Shown in pieces: positions 37,766 to 50,962 of a DNA stretch of 64,000 nt; within the stretch, counting starts at the first letter, position 1, and each line of letters starts with the position of its first letter. The position numbers were made by a program, and so were the translations under genes. Source of the stretch: Torpedo marmorata (taxonomy: Eukaryota). Under the pieces are notes generated by a model. The model made no database searches. It saw only the letters and a list, made by a program, of their open reading frames with translations, and was not told where the DNA came from. Location of the stretch: contig OZ360245.1 in assembly GCA_977017645.1 (NCBI GenBank), forward strand, positions 7,130,001-7,194,000, in the 5' to 3' direction.

Positions 37766-38722
37766 TATCCCCGTTACCATTTTTCCCACAACCGTCTTTT
37801 GTAAATAAAATCATTTATTACAAAACTTTTTTTTTCAATTCAAGCGATTAAAAATAAATTTTAATTTAGAACCAGTTGCTGCTCAAATAAGTTCAATTTT
37901 ATATTGAACATGTAAAAAAATTATTGTATAGCGCTCACACGCATATAACGCGCGTTGGATTACCCGGTTTGTAAAAAAACGCATATAACTTGCGCATTAT
38001 ATGCGTAAAAATACGGTACTTAAAGTGGTATGTGAGTGGAAAGAAAATGTTTGAAAACCACTGGGTTAGACAGTAGGGGAATTAAGGGTAATGGAGAAAA
38101 GGCAGGGAGGTGGAGCAGTCGATGGCCAGATAAGCCATGATCTTAGTAAATGGTGGAGCAGGCTCAATGAGCCATGTGGTCCTACTCCTGCTCTTGCGTT
38201 CTTATAAGGGGCGAGTTACTTTAAACTGAGATGCACAAAAAAATCTTTTTGCAGACTGATAAATCTTTGGAATTGTGTACCTCAGGTCATGGAAGCTAGA
38301 TTACAAGTATTTACAGTGGAGATGGATGTTTTTGAAAGATCAGGAAATCAACAGCAATGATGAACTGTCAGAGCCAAAGAGTTGAGGCCAGTATAGATCA
38401 GCCAGGATTGTATTGAATGGAAGGGAACACTAGTCAAAACCCAATGCACCAAGTTGAACTATGTTGCTAACCCCAACAGCTGAGGAAGTGCAATGCCTGC
38501 CCTCTGCTCTATGGCAATACGGGGACAATAACCCTTGGTTTGCTGGATTTGGTTGAGTAAAATGTGGGTATTTGATAGCCCTGGATAGGGCCCCAATCAT
38601 GATGCAATCCACCACCAACCCCCCAAAACCCCCTCAGAGTCCTAAGCAGCTACCTGTAGTTTAAAAAAAGATAAATGTACATTGAATCAGAGGTCATTGT
38701 TCATCTCTGAATGTGCACCTCA

Positions 38723-38905
<183 letters not shown>

Positions 38906-39607
38906 CTAAAATGAAATCTTGCAACAAATTAATACATGCACTAAAAAAAGAAGCCATTTGCAGAATTCTCAAATTCTGATATTTTCAAATGTTGTTAATG
39001 CAGATTGGAGTTTATTTATCCACATCACTTTTAAAAGTCATTAGTTTATTGGACCATCCTGAGAACACGCTACAGAGATCATTTAATGTAGGCATTTCTA
39101 TTTGTATTTACGATAGCGTACACAGAAATATATACTCAAGTAGTTGAGGTAAATACTAACAAACTGATGCAGCACAGAGACGTTCTTGCATCTGGTTCTT
39201 TGGAGAAGCAAAGTGCTGTCTACTTCATCCAAATCATCCCATTACATACCTGTCTACCCTCAACAATCTCACCCCTTAGAGTAAGACTACTCACGGATGA
39301 ACCCTTTTAGGTGCACCAGGTATAACGTGAGAATAAACCAACATTAAACAGTGTATAGTAACATGATAGCAATACACAAATGGAAACAGAAAGGGTAAGT
39401 AAAAGGGCAAAGCTGGAGAAGAGAGGGGAATTTGAAAAAGTAGTGGATTATTTGCTATCAATTCCTCTGCTTTTGGCTAGAAATGCTTACCTTCAAGTTC
39501 TTATCACAGATCAGTCGTATCTGACGAGTTAAAAGATGACATAAAGCAAGATATCTGGTAACTGAACATGATACTGACGTGTGTCAAGGTCTCTGCTCCA
39601 AACGTAC

Positions 39608-39670
39608 CTGAACATCAGTCGCATCCCCAACTCCAGCTCCAAGGCGTGATGAAGCATTCCTTTTTAGCAG
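39608..39670 (-). CDS. RPS6KB1: S6K1 exon 11 (LLKRNASSRLGAGVGDATDVQ)
   Basis: 63 nt, AG/GTACG boundaries. Confidence 0.95.
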
Positions 39671-39885
39671 CTAAGGCAGAAAGCAAATATCAATGCTCCT
39701 TGTACGAAGAAAATTAAGTTGGCAATTCAAAATGGGCCCAGTTACAAGAGGTACAGTTGTGCAAGTCAAGTTTCCGATTCAGTTTTTGGCAGTCATGTCT
39801 ATATTTTTGACCCGGCCCCACTTGGTGTTTAGGATGTTACAAACACATCTCATTCAACAAAATCAAAATGGCACATACACTCAAC

Positions 39886-40030
39886 AGTAAAACACGAAAA
39901 TCTGTGGACACCGTGGTTGAAGTAAAAAACACAAATGCTGGAGAAACTCAGCAGGTCAAACAGTGTCTTTTATGTAGCAAAGGTAGAAATACTTAACCGA
40001 CGTTTCGGGCTTGAGCCCTTCATCAAAGTA
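39886..40030 (-). mobile_element. Solo Penelope terminal segment with a well-preserved hammerhead-like core
   Basis: Minus strand actttgatgaagggctcaagcccgaaacgtcggt; flanked by the direct repeat tacactcaacagt. Confidence 0.7.
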
Positions 40031-41642
40031 TACACTCAACAGTCCTGGTTGAGCTGTGAAATGAGAAAGAGTTGACATTTCATGCTAGTTTCTCTTTACA
40101 GATGCCACCAACTGAGATTTCTGGCATCTTGTTTTTGTCCCATTCACTAATGGGGTTCCTTAGCAGTGTGCTAATCCTTGCACAGCAATGCCCAACATCC
40201 CCTTGGAAAACCTTCCCTGAGCTGAAAGAGCAACAGGATCCAAAACAGAATACGACAAACAACAGTAGAGTGGTTCAGCACTCAGCAAGGGAACCTGTCA
40301 ATGGACGGAGGGGCGAAACATCAAAATAAGACCATTAGGCCTTTCAAGAATGCTCTGCCACTTAAAATCATGGCTGATCTGATTGCGACCATCTCCACAG
40401 CCTCTTCTATCCAGTAACCTCGCCCATCCCCCCAACTTTGCTTCTCAAGAAGACATCTACCTCTGCTTTTCAACTGAGTCAAGAGTCAGGGGGGCAATAA
40501 TAGTTTAAAGGGGATGGAAAGAAAACTTAAGCAATGAAAAAAACCTGCTGACAAATGGACCCATCATAGTGTGGATGCTAGTGCAGGAGTCGACACAGGG
40601 GATTGCTACACCCTACAAGTGAGTGGCTTGCAAAACTGCAGGAAGAGGTGGGCCAAAAGCTTTGAAGGTGGATGGGATAAGGCAAATATAGGCAATGGCA
40701 GCGTTGTTGGAAATCAGGGGAAGCTGCTCTGGAAGTTGAAGTCAACTCCAGGAATGGCAGCCATTACAAGTACCTTCCTCCAGAGTGCCGTGAACCTTTG
40801 GAATTCTCTTCCCCAGAGAGCTGCTGAAGCAAAGTTATTGAATATATTCAAGGTGGAGATTGACAAACGTTCAAAAAGGGAGTCAAGGGTATGGAGAGGT
40901 TAGGAGCAGGTGTGTCAAGCAGCATTGAAGAGGCAACTAGCAGTCTCTTGCTAAGTCAATTCTCATACAATTTTTAAATATTTCAATGCTATTTAATAGC
41001 TGACTTCAGAGTGACAATTAGGGAGAATGTCTCAAAGGGCAGAACTATGAGTAAAGGTCACTTCTTTGTATTTTATCAAGATGGTGCCAGGTCTTCAAAT
41101 AATTTATTCAAACAAACAATGGGTGCCACCAATCTTTATTTCACTCCCAAGTTTTGAGGTCCTATTTTTATGCAATCACCGTAGTGGTACTGAAGTAAAA
41201 TGATGACAAATAACCTCCATGGAAATTTGAAACACTTTACTGTACTCAAACAATTTTCTCAAATCAAATAGCCCTCGACTCTCTTACAGTTAACCTGTTC
41301 CTGCCTTGAGCAACGTCAATAACTCTGCCTCAACACCTCACTATGGTAGAGAATTCTAAAGGTTCACGCCCTGAGGGAGGGTACTTTAATCACAGCCATT
41401 CCTGGCTCTGACATCAGTTTTCAAAGTTGCTCCTCCGGTGCTACCAAGGCTCGAATCCAGAGAATGCCAAAGTCCAACCCAACAGCACAAGTCAAATAAA
41501 CAAGCGAGAAGAGAACAGTCACTCACAGAAGATGCACTGATTTGATTCCCTTTGCTCTACTGATCACCAAATCAGCCATTAAGGCCAGATTTCAACACGT
41601 TAACAAGTGACCTGATAAAGACTTTTCTGACCAGTGCAATCA

Positions 41643-41771
<129 letters not shown>

Positions 41772-42224
41772 CTAGGCAAAGTTTATGAAGCACAAATCAA
41801 CAAACCAGAATTTTAAAAGTTTTTATAAAGTCTTGGGTAACAAAAAAGGTCCCAATAATGAATAGTAAAAAGCACTTTTGATAAAGCCTTAAAATAGGAA
41901 AGCACACATTATATGGCAGGACAAACTCAGAACCGTTTTTTTCTCTTGAAATTCTCTATCCCAAAGGGAAAGAGAACAAGATTATCCCCCAAATCAACCT
42001 ACTCTAAACATTGTACAAACTACTCAAAGGTAATGGATAACTAAATCACAAAACTGCATCACCACATCCCACACTCCTTTCCTTCTCGTGTAAAACTGGG
42101 AATGTAGGTTATTTCTACTATTTTACAAGACTTCAAAAGCATTTAAAGAAATCACTTTATTCATAATTCTTATCCACAGAAAATATTTATGAAGACAAAA
42201 TAGATAGTGCAAAGGGATTCACTT

Positions 42225-43019
42225 AAATGGCGGTGCTGCTGGAGCTGCTGTAATGGCAGCGCTGCCGCTGGTGCGAACCCGCGGAGAGCGGAGTCACAGC
42301 GCTCCCGCGGGGTCCAACTGCCCAGTCCGACTGCCGTCAGCTCCGTGAAGCCTTTAAACGGCCTGTAAATGGAGCCAATAATGGTTTTATTTAAAAATAA
42401 TGCGACTGCGGGGTCTGCGCCCAAAATGGCGGCGCCCAAGATTGGCAGCAGCCACGAGGGGTTGCAGACTCCGGGGAAGCAGAGGACTGGCGCAGGGCAC
42501 CTGAAAACAGGGAGACCACTCCCCCGTTTGAGAAGGAGAAGCAGAGGAGATGGCCCACGGGACGGTGACCAAGGCAGCGAACCAGTGAGGGGTTCTGCAG
42601 TTGAAGAAACACACAGGCAGCGGACTGTTGGTGACGAGGCGAGGAACCTACGTAGGCTGTGGGCTGCTGCCGACTGCGGTCAAGGGATTCACACCAGACT
42701 GCAGACTGCTGGAGACTGGCTGAAGGGATACCAGGTATCAGAAATGGGATGCGAGATGTGCTGAGGGCACTGAAGGGTTCCTGATCGTGTTGGAGGTTTG
42801 GATCTGGAGCTCGGGTTGCCGATGGTTTGGACTGGACTCTGTGTGGTTGCGGGGTCTGCGGGAGCGCTGGAGGTGAATCTACGGACACTCGGTGACTCTG
42901 AGGGGACTCTCTTTTGCTTCTCTTTCTCTGACTGTAAGAGGCGCTTCAGGCAATTTCTGCCGATGGCGAATTTGTCTGCCGTAACAAATTCCGTGTAATA
43001 TTGCACTGTCTTTATTACA
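42225..43019 (+). mobile_element. Second copy of the GC-rich non-autonomous retroelement
   Basis: Collinear with the reverse complement of 3021-3852 (e.g. ctacggacactcggtgactctg.ggggactctcttttgcttctctttctctgactg). Confidence 0.75.
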
Positions 43020-44395
43020 TCACTCATCCACTTATCGGAGAGGCTTCAAAGCAATCACAAACCCTATCTTATTTGCTGGAAGTCAATGGTGGAGGAATGA
43101 GTGGATGGGTGTGGAGAGAGTTTGCTGCTGGATGCTTTTGTTTCTTAGCCCAGAAGTGATGGAAGCCAATAAAAGCACAAGGAATGGGCAACAACTCTGT
43201 GAAAGCTCTTCAAGGAATGCTCTACAGATTTTCGTGATTTACTTCCAAAAGCACGCCACTTACTGACCCTTCAAGAGTGTCTAACTGCAGAGTTAATGGG
43301 AATAGCACATGACCCTTGGGAAGGAAGAATAGGGTAGCGAGGAATGAAAAGGGCCTTTTAAAGAACTCTTCGAACACAAATTAATTTCTTATAACAGTCG
43401 AATGTTCATTCTCGTGTTTTTTAATGAACAACTTTTCACTCTGCCAGTGACAGCAAGGCTTCCATCATCAATTCACTTCAACATGTTATCATCTCAAACA
43501 AGACTTCAACATTTAAAATATTTTGGTTTATTGGTTTTCATTAAAGCATGCACAATTTACGATTTATGGCAAACTAATTTTCATATCATTCTAATGAATC
43601 TTCAGAGACCTTTTATTGACAACATCCTTCCTGTAATAAGGCAGTGTCAGCTGAATAATTGACATGCCCCACGTAGTACAATTTAAAAGACAAGCTTGAT
43701 TACACAATGGGCTGTCATCATATCCTCATGTGTGGTTTATACCGCGACGGCAATCTTTCAACTGTAAGTGCAACAATAAAACCAAAGTAGCTTGAAGATT
43801 AAGTTTTCAAAAACCTCTGCAATCCCCATAATTTGCACTTATCAAGGATACTTAGTACAAAATAAAATAATTCATTTAGTTTCGATAAGGGCCAGATTAT
43901 TTCAGAATATTTGAATGGTCATTCTGCACCAATGGAAAAGATCCCAAGGAATAATTCTGGGAATAAAAAACCTAAATATATCTGCACCCCTCAACGTGGA
44001 AATACACACTTTTTATTTGTAAAGGATATAGCCCACAAGCTAAATTTGATACATCATTTTTTTTGCATTATAATTAGCGTCGACAAATCAGGTTACTGCT
44101 AGTTTCACTCACTATTTTATAAGCTGATAAATTTGTGAAGAGTTACTGGTCCTGTAGTCTCATTGTTAAATTAACCACTAATCATAATAGCCAAGTCCGA
44201 ATTTATCAGTGAGCTTACACAGGGAATTAAACACTATGACCTGGCTCGCTACTACAATCACTGCAAATCAAAGCCCCATTCAGCTGTTAAGTATTTTAGT
44301 GACACTATTTCACTGAAGCATTTTATCCAATCGATATCTTGTGGACAATTATAATTAGTGTAGGAAGGGCAGTAACAAGATTTCTCATGACATCA

Positions 44396-44635
<240 letters not shown>

Positions 44636-45032
44636 CTAATTTCTCTTCAGCTTTGTTGTGCGTCGCATTGGAATGGAGGGGGGGGGGGGGGAGGGAGGAG
44701 AAGCTGGCTCTCTTGTACATTTGTTGTTTGTCACATTAGAATGGGAGGAAGAAGAGAAGCTAGCTCTCTCAGTATCAGGTTTATTGTCATGAACATGTGT
44801 CATGAAATTTGTTGTTTTGTGGCAACAGTATTGGTGCAAAATTGCTATAAATTACATTTCTGTAAATACAAGATTTAAATAAATAAATAGATAAATGGAA
44901 TGAATAATCAGTGCATTTTCCATTAGAAATATTTAAATTATACCACGATAAATAAACCAATGTACTCCACTGCATCAAGTCCGTTTTCCTAACCAAACTC
45001 CATCCAGGATCATCTTGGGATTCAAATAAAGG

Positions 45033-46232
45033 GTCAGAATCAGAATTTAATGTCATGAACAAGTCATGAAATTCGGGGTTTTGCGGCAGCATCATAGTGC
45101 AAACATTCATATTATAACCATCTTACGACATTACTATAAAAAATATATATAAATAATAGTGCACGAAAAGTAAGGCAGTGTATTTGGTTCATTGATTATT
45201 CAGGAATCTGATGGCAGCGGGGAAGAAGCTGTCCTTGTGCCGTTGAATGCTCGTCTTTAGGCTCCCGTACCTTTTTCTCGATGGTAGCAGAGTGAAGAGG
45301 GCATGGCCTAGGTGGTGGGGGTCTTTGAAGACCGAGGCTGCTTTTTTAAGACACCGCCTCTTGTAGATGTCCTCGATGGAGTGAAGTCTGGTGCCTGTGA
45401 TGTCACAGGCCGAGTTAACAACCCTCTGGAGTTTACTCTTGTCCTGAGCGTTAGTGCCTCCATACCAGGCAGTGATGCAACCAGCCAGAATGCTCGCCAC
45501 AGTACACCTGCAGAAGTTTACGAGAGTTTTCGGTGACAAACCGAATCTCCTCAGACACCTCACAAAGTATAGCCGATGGCGAGCCTTCGTGATTGCATCA
45601 ACATGGAGGCTCCAGGACAGATCCTCGGAGATGTTGACACCCAGGAATTTGAAGTTCTTGACCCTCTCCACTACTGAGCCCTCGATGAGGACTGGGTCAT
45701 GTTCCCCTGACTTCCACCTGAAGTCCACAATCATCTCCTTGGTTTTGCTGACGTTGAGCGCAAGGTTGTTGTCGTTACATCATTCAATGAGCTGATCTAT
45801 TTCCCTCCTGTACGCTTCCTCATTGCTGTTTGTGATTCTGCCGACAACTGTGGTGTCTTCGGCAAACTTGTAGATGGCATTGGAATTGTGCCTGGCCACA
45901 CAGTCATGGGTGTATAACGAGTAGAGCAGTGGGCTAAGCACACATCCTTGTGGTGCGCCTGTGTTGATAATCAGTGAGGAGGAGATGTTGTTTCCAATTC
46001 ATACTGACTGTGGTCTTCCGATGAGAAAGTCAAGGATCCAGTTGCAGAGGGGGGTACAGAGGCCTAGAGTTTGTAGCTTCTTAACCAGCACTGAGGGAAT
46101 AATGGTATTGAAGGCCGAGCTGTAGTCGATGAAGAGCAGCCGTATGTATGAATTGCTGTTTTCGATATGATCCAGAGCTGAGTGGAGAGCCAGCCATATT
46201 GCATCTGCTGTGAAGCGATTGTGATGATAGGC
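45033..46232 (-). mobile_element. 5'-truncated Rex1/Babar LINE, young
   Basis: [28 protein letters not shown] plus an intact 181-aa C-terminal ORF. Confidence 0.92.
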
Positions 46233-46499
46233 GAATTGCAGTGCCGCCCAGAGCAAGAATTCTCAAACTCGTAATGCTTGAAGCCACATTCAGGTTGGAG
46301 CAGATCACTACACAGCAAAATGTTTGTACACATACATACACGGAACAGGCCAATGCACTAAGTTAACATGACACGAGCATCAACTGATGAGTTTACTCTG
46401 CTCAATTTATGGCATTTGTGCAGAACTGCAACAGGCACAAGGAATCAAACCAGGACCCAAAGCAGGTCTTACGTTTATACTGAGTCACCACTATACAAC

Positions 46500-47345
46500 C
46501 CAAGGCTTGCATTCTCTCCAACACACTAACTCAGCGGGTCAAGCAGCACGCGAGGAGGGGAAGGAATTGTTGACACTTTAGGTCAAGACCCTGCATCAGG
46601 ACCCAGTGTAGAAGGAAGATAGCCAGCAGAGGGAAAATGGGGAGACAGCGTCAGGTGATGGGTGGATCAAGGATGTTGGGTAGATGGAGCCAGGTTGGGG
46701 GCAGGGTAGGGCAGAGTTGGGAAACAGAGGTAGGTGGGTCACAGGTGGAAGCAAACAAGGAAAAAAGACAGTCAAGCAGGAGGAGGGAAGGTTGAAGCTG
46801 GAGACTGCTGCTGGAGGGTGATGTGGAGACACAAAGGCGACCAGTGCAGGAATCATAAGGTGATGATAGGAACCAGAAGGTAGAGATGAGGGACAGATGA
46901 AACCAAAGGGGGAGATGGGTTACAGTAGGTGAATGGAACCAGGAGGGCCAGAACAACAAAAATGGGTGATAGGGGGCATGGGAAATGGAACAAAAATGGG
47001 AGGACTGGAGGTAGATCAGAAAGAGAGAGGGAGGGGAACAACGGAGATAAGTGTCACCTGAAATTGGAAAATTCTATGTTAATATCATTGGGGCATAGTC
47101 TCCCCAGGTAGAATGCGAGGTGCTGTTCTCCTTGTCTGTGTTGTCGTCACCCTGGCAAAGGCTGAGGACAGATTGCGTAGTGCAGGAATGGGGGTTGAAA
47201 TGGCAAGCAACCTGGAGCTTGACGTGGCCTCTCAACTGGTCACCAGTCCTTCCCCCATCCACCCTCCCCCCCAGCACAGGCCCACTGACTTCCTCCAGCG
47301 TTTTGTTTTCCACTTGAGATACCAGCATCTGCATTCTTTTGGCTC
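46500..47345 (-). mobile_element. Older Penelope-like element 3' portion with an inverted terminal fragment
   Basis: LQVACHFNPHS and EQHL-type ORF remnant, pyrimidine-rich UTR, cctgatgcagggtcttgacctaaa core. Confidence 0.65.
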
Positions 47346-47439
47346 TCCATAGCATTTTTTTCCAGGTAGGTGTATTGTTTAAAATTGCATTGTCATTGAT
47401 TGCACCTCACGGCAAACTACTGTCAATATCCTCAGATGC

Positions 47440-47776
47440 CACAACCACCGGTCCATCACCCCGCACACAGCATCTTTCAGCTGCTCCCGTCGGGAAAGAG
47501 ATACAGGAGTATCAGAGCAAGCACCACCAGGCTGAGGAACAGCTTCTTCCAACGGGCAGTAAGAATGCTGAACGACCAAAGGAACTACTCACACTAGCAT
47601 TCGAGGTTCTCGTATTCATGGAATAATATTTATTTGTATATATGAATACTGCATATGTATTGTTTGTATGTACGTGTGTAATGTCTGGTTGTGTGTCTGC
47701 GTTTTTTGCACCGAGGACCAGAGAATGCTGTTTCGTCAGGTTGTACTTGTACAATCAGATGACAATAAACTTGACT
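47440..47776 (+). mobile_element. Rex1/Babar LINE 3' end (same family as 4427-5492)
   Basis: HPAHSIFQLLPSGKRYRSIRASTTRLRNSFF; identical tail. Confidence 0.88.
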
Positions 47777-48459
47777 CACAGTCCTCAAGACATCATCTCG
47801 ATCTCCACAATATTCATATCCTTTCTCTACTCAGTTCTATCACCTCTCCATCTCTAACACACCATAATCCTCTCCTTATCCCTCCATTTCAACCCGCACC
47901 CAAATTCTTTCTGAATACCTCAACCTTGGCAAGTGCAATGACAGCATTCATTTCGGGAGGAGTAGAATATAAAAGCAAAGATGTAATGATGAGGCTTTAA
48001 GGAATTAGTCAGACCACATTTGGAGTATTGTGAGTAGTGTTGGGCCCCATGGCTAAGGAAGGATATGTTGGCATTATAGTGACCTGCTGAGTTTCTCCAG
48101 CACTGTTACGTAATGCACTACAATCACACCATCTGCAGACTTTTCTGTTTAACTTAAAAAGCCCAGGCTCTCCTCTACACGATGAAGATCAGAGTATGAA
48201 AAAGACAGGGAATTAGACATCTTTATATGCATCTAAAAAGTAAAATTAAATATCTTCTAAATGGCACTCCCAATAAGAGGTTTTATTTTACATATAGATG
48301 TTTCAATTTACAAAGCACTTAACACATGTAATGAATTGCTCCAAAGTAAATCACTTTTATGTTAACAGCTACCATTACATTCTGTAATGAAGTAACTAGT
48401 TTATGTATTCTTTATGGAATTGGTTAATGAACGAACGTCAGTCAAGTGAACAGGACATT

Positions 48460-50962
48460 AACTTTTTTGAATGCTATTATTACAGTTCTACCAAAAGATA
48501 GAGATGTATTAAAAACGGAGTCATATAGACCTATTTCTTTATTAAATGTAGATTATAAGATTATGGCAAAAATTTTGGCTAATAGAATAGCTAAATTTTT
48601 ACCGAATTTGATACATTCAGATCAAGCGGGTTTTATTAAAAATAGATATTCTAAAGATAATATAGCTAGATTATTAAGTTTAATTAATTTTCATAAAAAG
48701 AAACAAGATTTACCATTGGTGATAACGTTGGATGCAGAAAAGGCTTTTGATAGATTAGAATGGAATTTTTTATTTAAGGTGTCAGAAAAATTTGGTTTTG
48801 GGAATACTTTTATAAACTGGATTAAAACTATATATAAGGAACCTACAGCTAAAGTAATTACAAATGGACAAATATCGTCAAAATTTTCTTTAACGCGTTC
48901 TACAAGACAGGGTTGTCCTTTATCACCAGCTTTATTTGTTTTGGCAATAGAACCTTTAGCTGAATTGATTAGGACAGATCCTAATATAGTTGGGATTAAA
49001 GTCGGTATGGAAGAGCATAAGATTAGTTTGTTTGCAGATGATGTATTAATATATATGACGAAATCAGTTTTATCACTTCAACATTTAGCTATTATATTAA
49101 CAGAATATGGTGAAATATCTGGATATAAAATTAATGCGGATAAAAGTGAAATAATGGCTTTATCTCAAGGTGATTATACTAGATGTAAAGAAGTTACGGA
49201 ATTTAAGTGGGCAAAAGAAGGAATTAAATATTTGGGAATAAAAGTGGATACAAAATTAGAAAATTTATATAAATTATATACCCTTATTTACAAAAATAAA
49301 GAAAGATTTGGAAAATTGGAAAGATTTACCTATAACTTTAATGGGGAGAGTAAATTGTATTAAGATGAATATTTTTCCAAGAATTCAATATCTTTTTCAA
49401 TCAATTCCTTTTGGAATTCCAAATTTTTTTAAAAGATTTAAAATTTATAGTTAGGAAATTTTTATGGAAAGGGAAATTAGCAAGAGTGAGTATGGAGAAG
49501 TTAACATGGAATTATGAGATGGGAGGAATGCAACTCCCTAATTTTCAATATTATTATAAAGCAGCTCAATTAAAATTTGTTAATGAATTTTTTGATTTAG
49601 CTAAAATTTCTGCTTGGATTAATATAGAATTAAATAATATAGGAGAAAATTATAAAGAGGATATTATTTATAAGTGGAATTCTAAATTATTATCAGTAAA
49701 AAAGAAAAATTCACCGATTATTAAACACTTATTGGAAGTATGGACAGAGGTAGATAAAGAAATAGGTGGGAAAGGAATAATTTCTTTAAATATGCCATTA
49801 TATCAAAATCCACTTTTATTGTTCACTATGAATAATCAGTTACTGAAAACATGGTTTCAAAAAGGTATTAAAAATTTTTAAAGATTGTTTTGAAGCTGGA
49901 AGATTTGTTACGTTTCAAAGATTGAAAGAAAAATTTGATATATTAGATAATATATGGTTAGTTTATTATCAGGTTAAAGCTTTTTTGGTTGAGAAATTAG
50001 GAGAAAATTTGATTGCTCCAAGGTATAATGAGTTAGAATTACTAATTACTAAAGCAAATGTTAATAAGTTTATTTCTCAAATGTATAAATTATTTCAGAG
50101 AAAAATGCTAAAAGTAGGATTACATAAATCAAGATTAAAATGGGAATTAGATTTAAATATTAATATAGCTCAAAAACATTGGGAAGATTTATGTAAGTTA
50201 AGTATGACTAAAGTTATTAATGTTAGGTATAGATTGGTACAATATAATTTTTTTCATCAATTATATTTAACACCAAAAAAATTAAAGAAATTTAATCCGA
50301 CATTGTCGGATTTGTGTTTTAGATGTAAGAATGAAGTAGGTTCCTTTGTTCACTCTACATGGTTATGTCCAAAGATTCAAGATTTTTGGCTTAAAGTTAA
50401 GAATTTTTTAGAGAGAGTTTGTAATGTTAGGTTTCCAATGGATCCTATGTTATTTCTATTTGGAGATATTAGAAAATTTAGTATTAGGAATAGATTGAAT
50501 ACGTATCAGGTAGAATTTTTGCGTATTGCTTTAGCTGTTTCAAAAAAATGTATTGCTATTACTTGGAAATCAGATTTAGATTTGAATTTAGATAGATGGC
50601 ATGCAGAACTACGTTCGTGTATTTCTTTGGAAAAAATTACTTATAATTTACGTAATAAATATCATTCTTTTAAAAAAATTTGGAGCCCATATATGAGAGT
50701 TATGGGTTTGAGGATTTGAAATTTTTGGAAATCAGATCTATTGGCGAGTTTAACCTCCAGATTGAAATAGGTTTTTAGATGGCTCTCTCCTCATTATTAA
50801 TCTCTTTTTCTTTTTCTATTTCTATTTTTAGAATAGTGGGGTTGGGGAGGGGTGGGAGGGTGTGGGGGGAGGAAATTATATCACTGTATTTTGGAAATTA
50901 TATATTTTGAATTATGTATTATGTGATTTAAAAAATTTAAATAAAATAATTAAAAAAAAAAA
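48460..50962 (+). mobile_element. 5'-truncated L1-clade LINE (ORF2 RT, CCHC domain, 3' UTR, poly-A)
   Basis: YRPISLLNVDYKI, LDAEKAFDR, RQGCPLSP, LFADD, CFRC-x8-H-x4-C; two frameshifts; G-rich 3' UTR tract, AATAAA, poly-A; 16-bp TSD AAGTGAACAGGACATT (48444-48459 / 50963-50978). Confidence 0.96.

Larger units (their letters stand above)
37072..38016. mobile_element. Tc2/pogo-like non-autonomous DNA transposon with cargo
   Basis: TA|CCGTATTTT...AAAATACGG|TA termini; repeated subterminal tata.cgcgcacacgcatataacgcg motifs at both ends. Confidence 0.85.
36755..38063. mobile_element. Composite hAT (Charlie-like) unit: MITE 36755-36877, 108-bp spacer, MITE 36986-38063 (interrupted)
   Basis: CAGTRGTTYTCAA...TTGARAACCACTG TIRs; one 8-bp TSD GGTTAGAC at 36747-36754 and 38064-38071. 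Confidence 0.85.
33423..38205 (+). mobile_element. CR1 LINE (RT to 3' UTR) fragmented by nested insertions
   Basis: SPGPDG, DFQKAFDKVPH, SGVLQGLVLGP and KFDDD motifs; pieces 33423-34584, 35607-35718, 36612-36754 and 38072-38205 are collinear. Confidence 0.85.

Noticed and set aside
39500-39550. CTGACGA hammerhead-like heptamer
   Set aside because: No stem II or GAAA follows.
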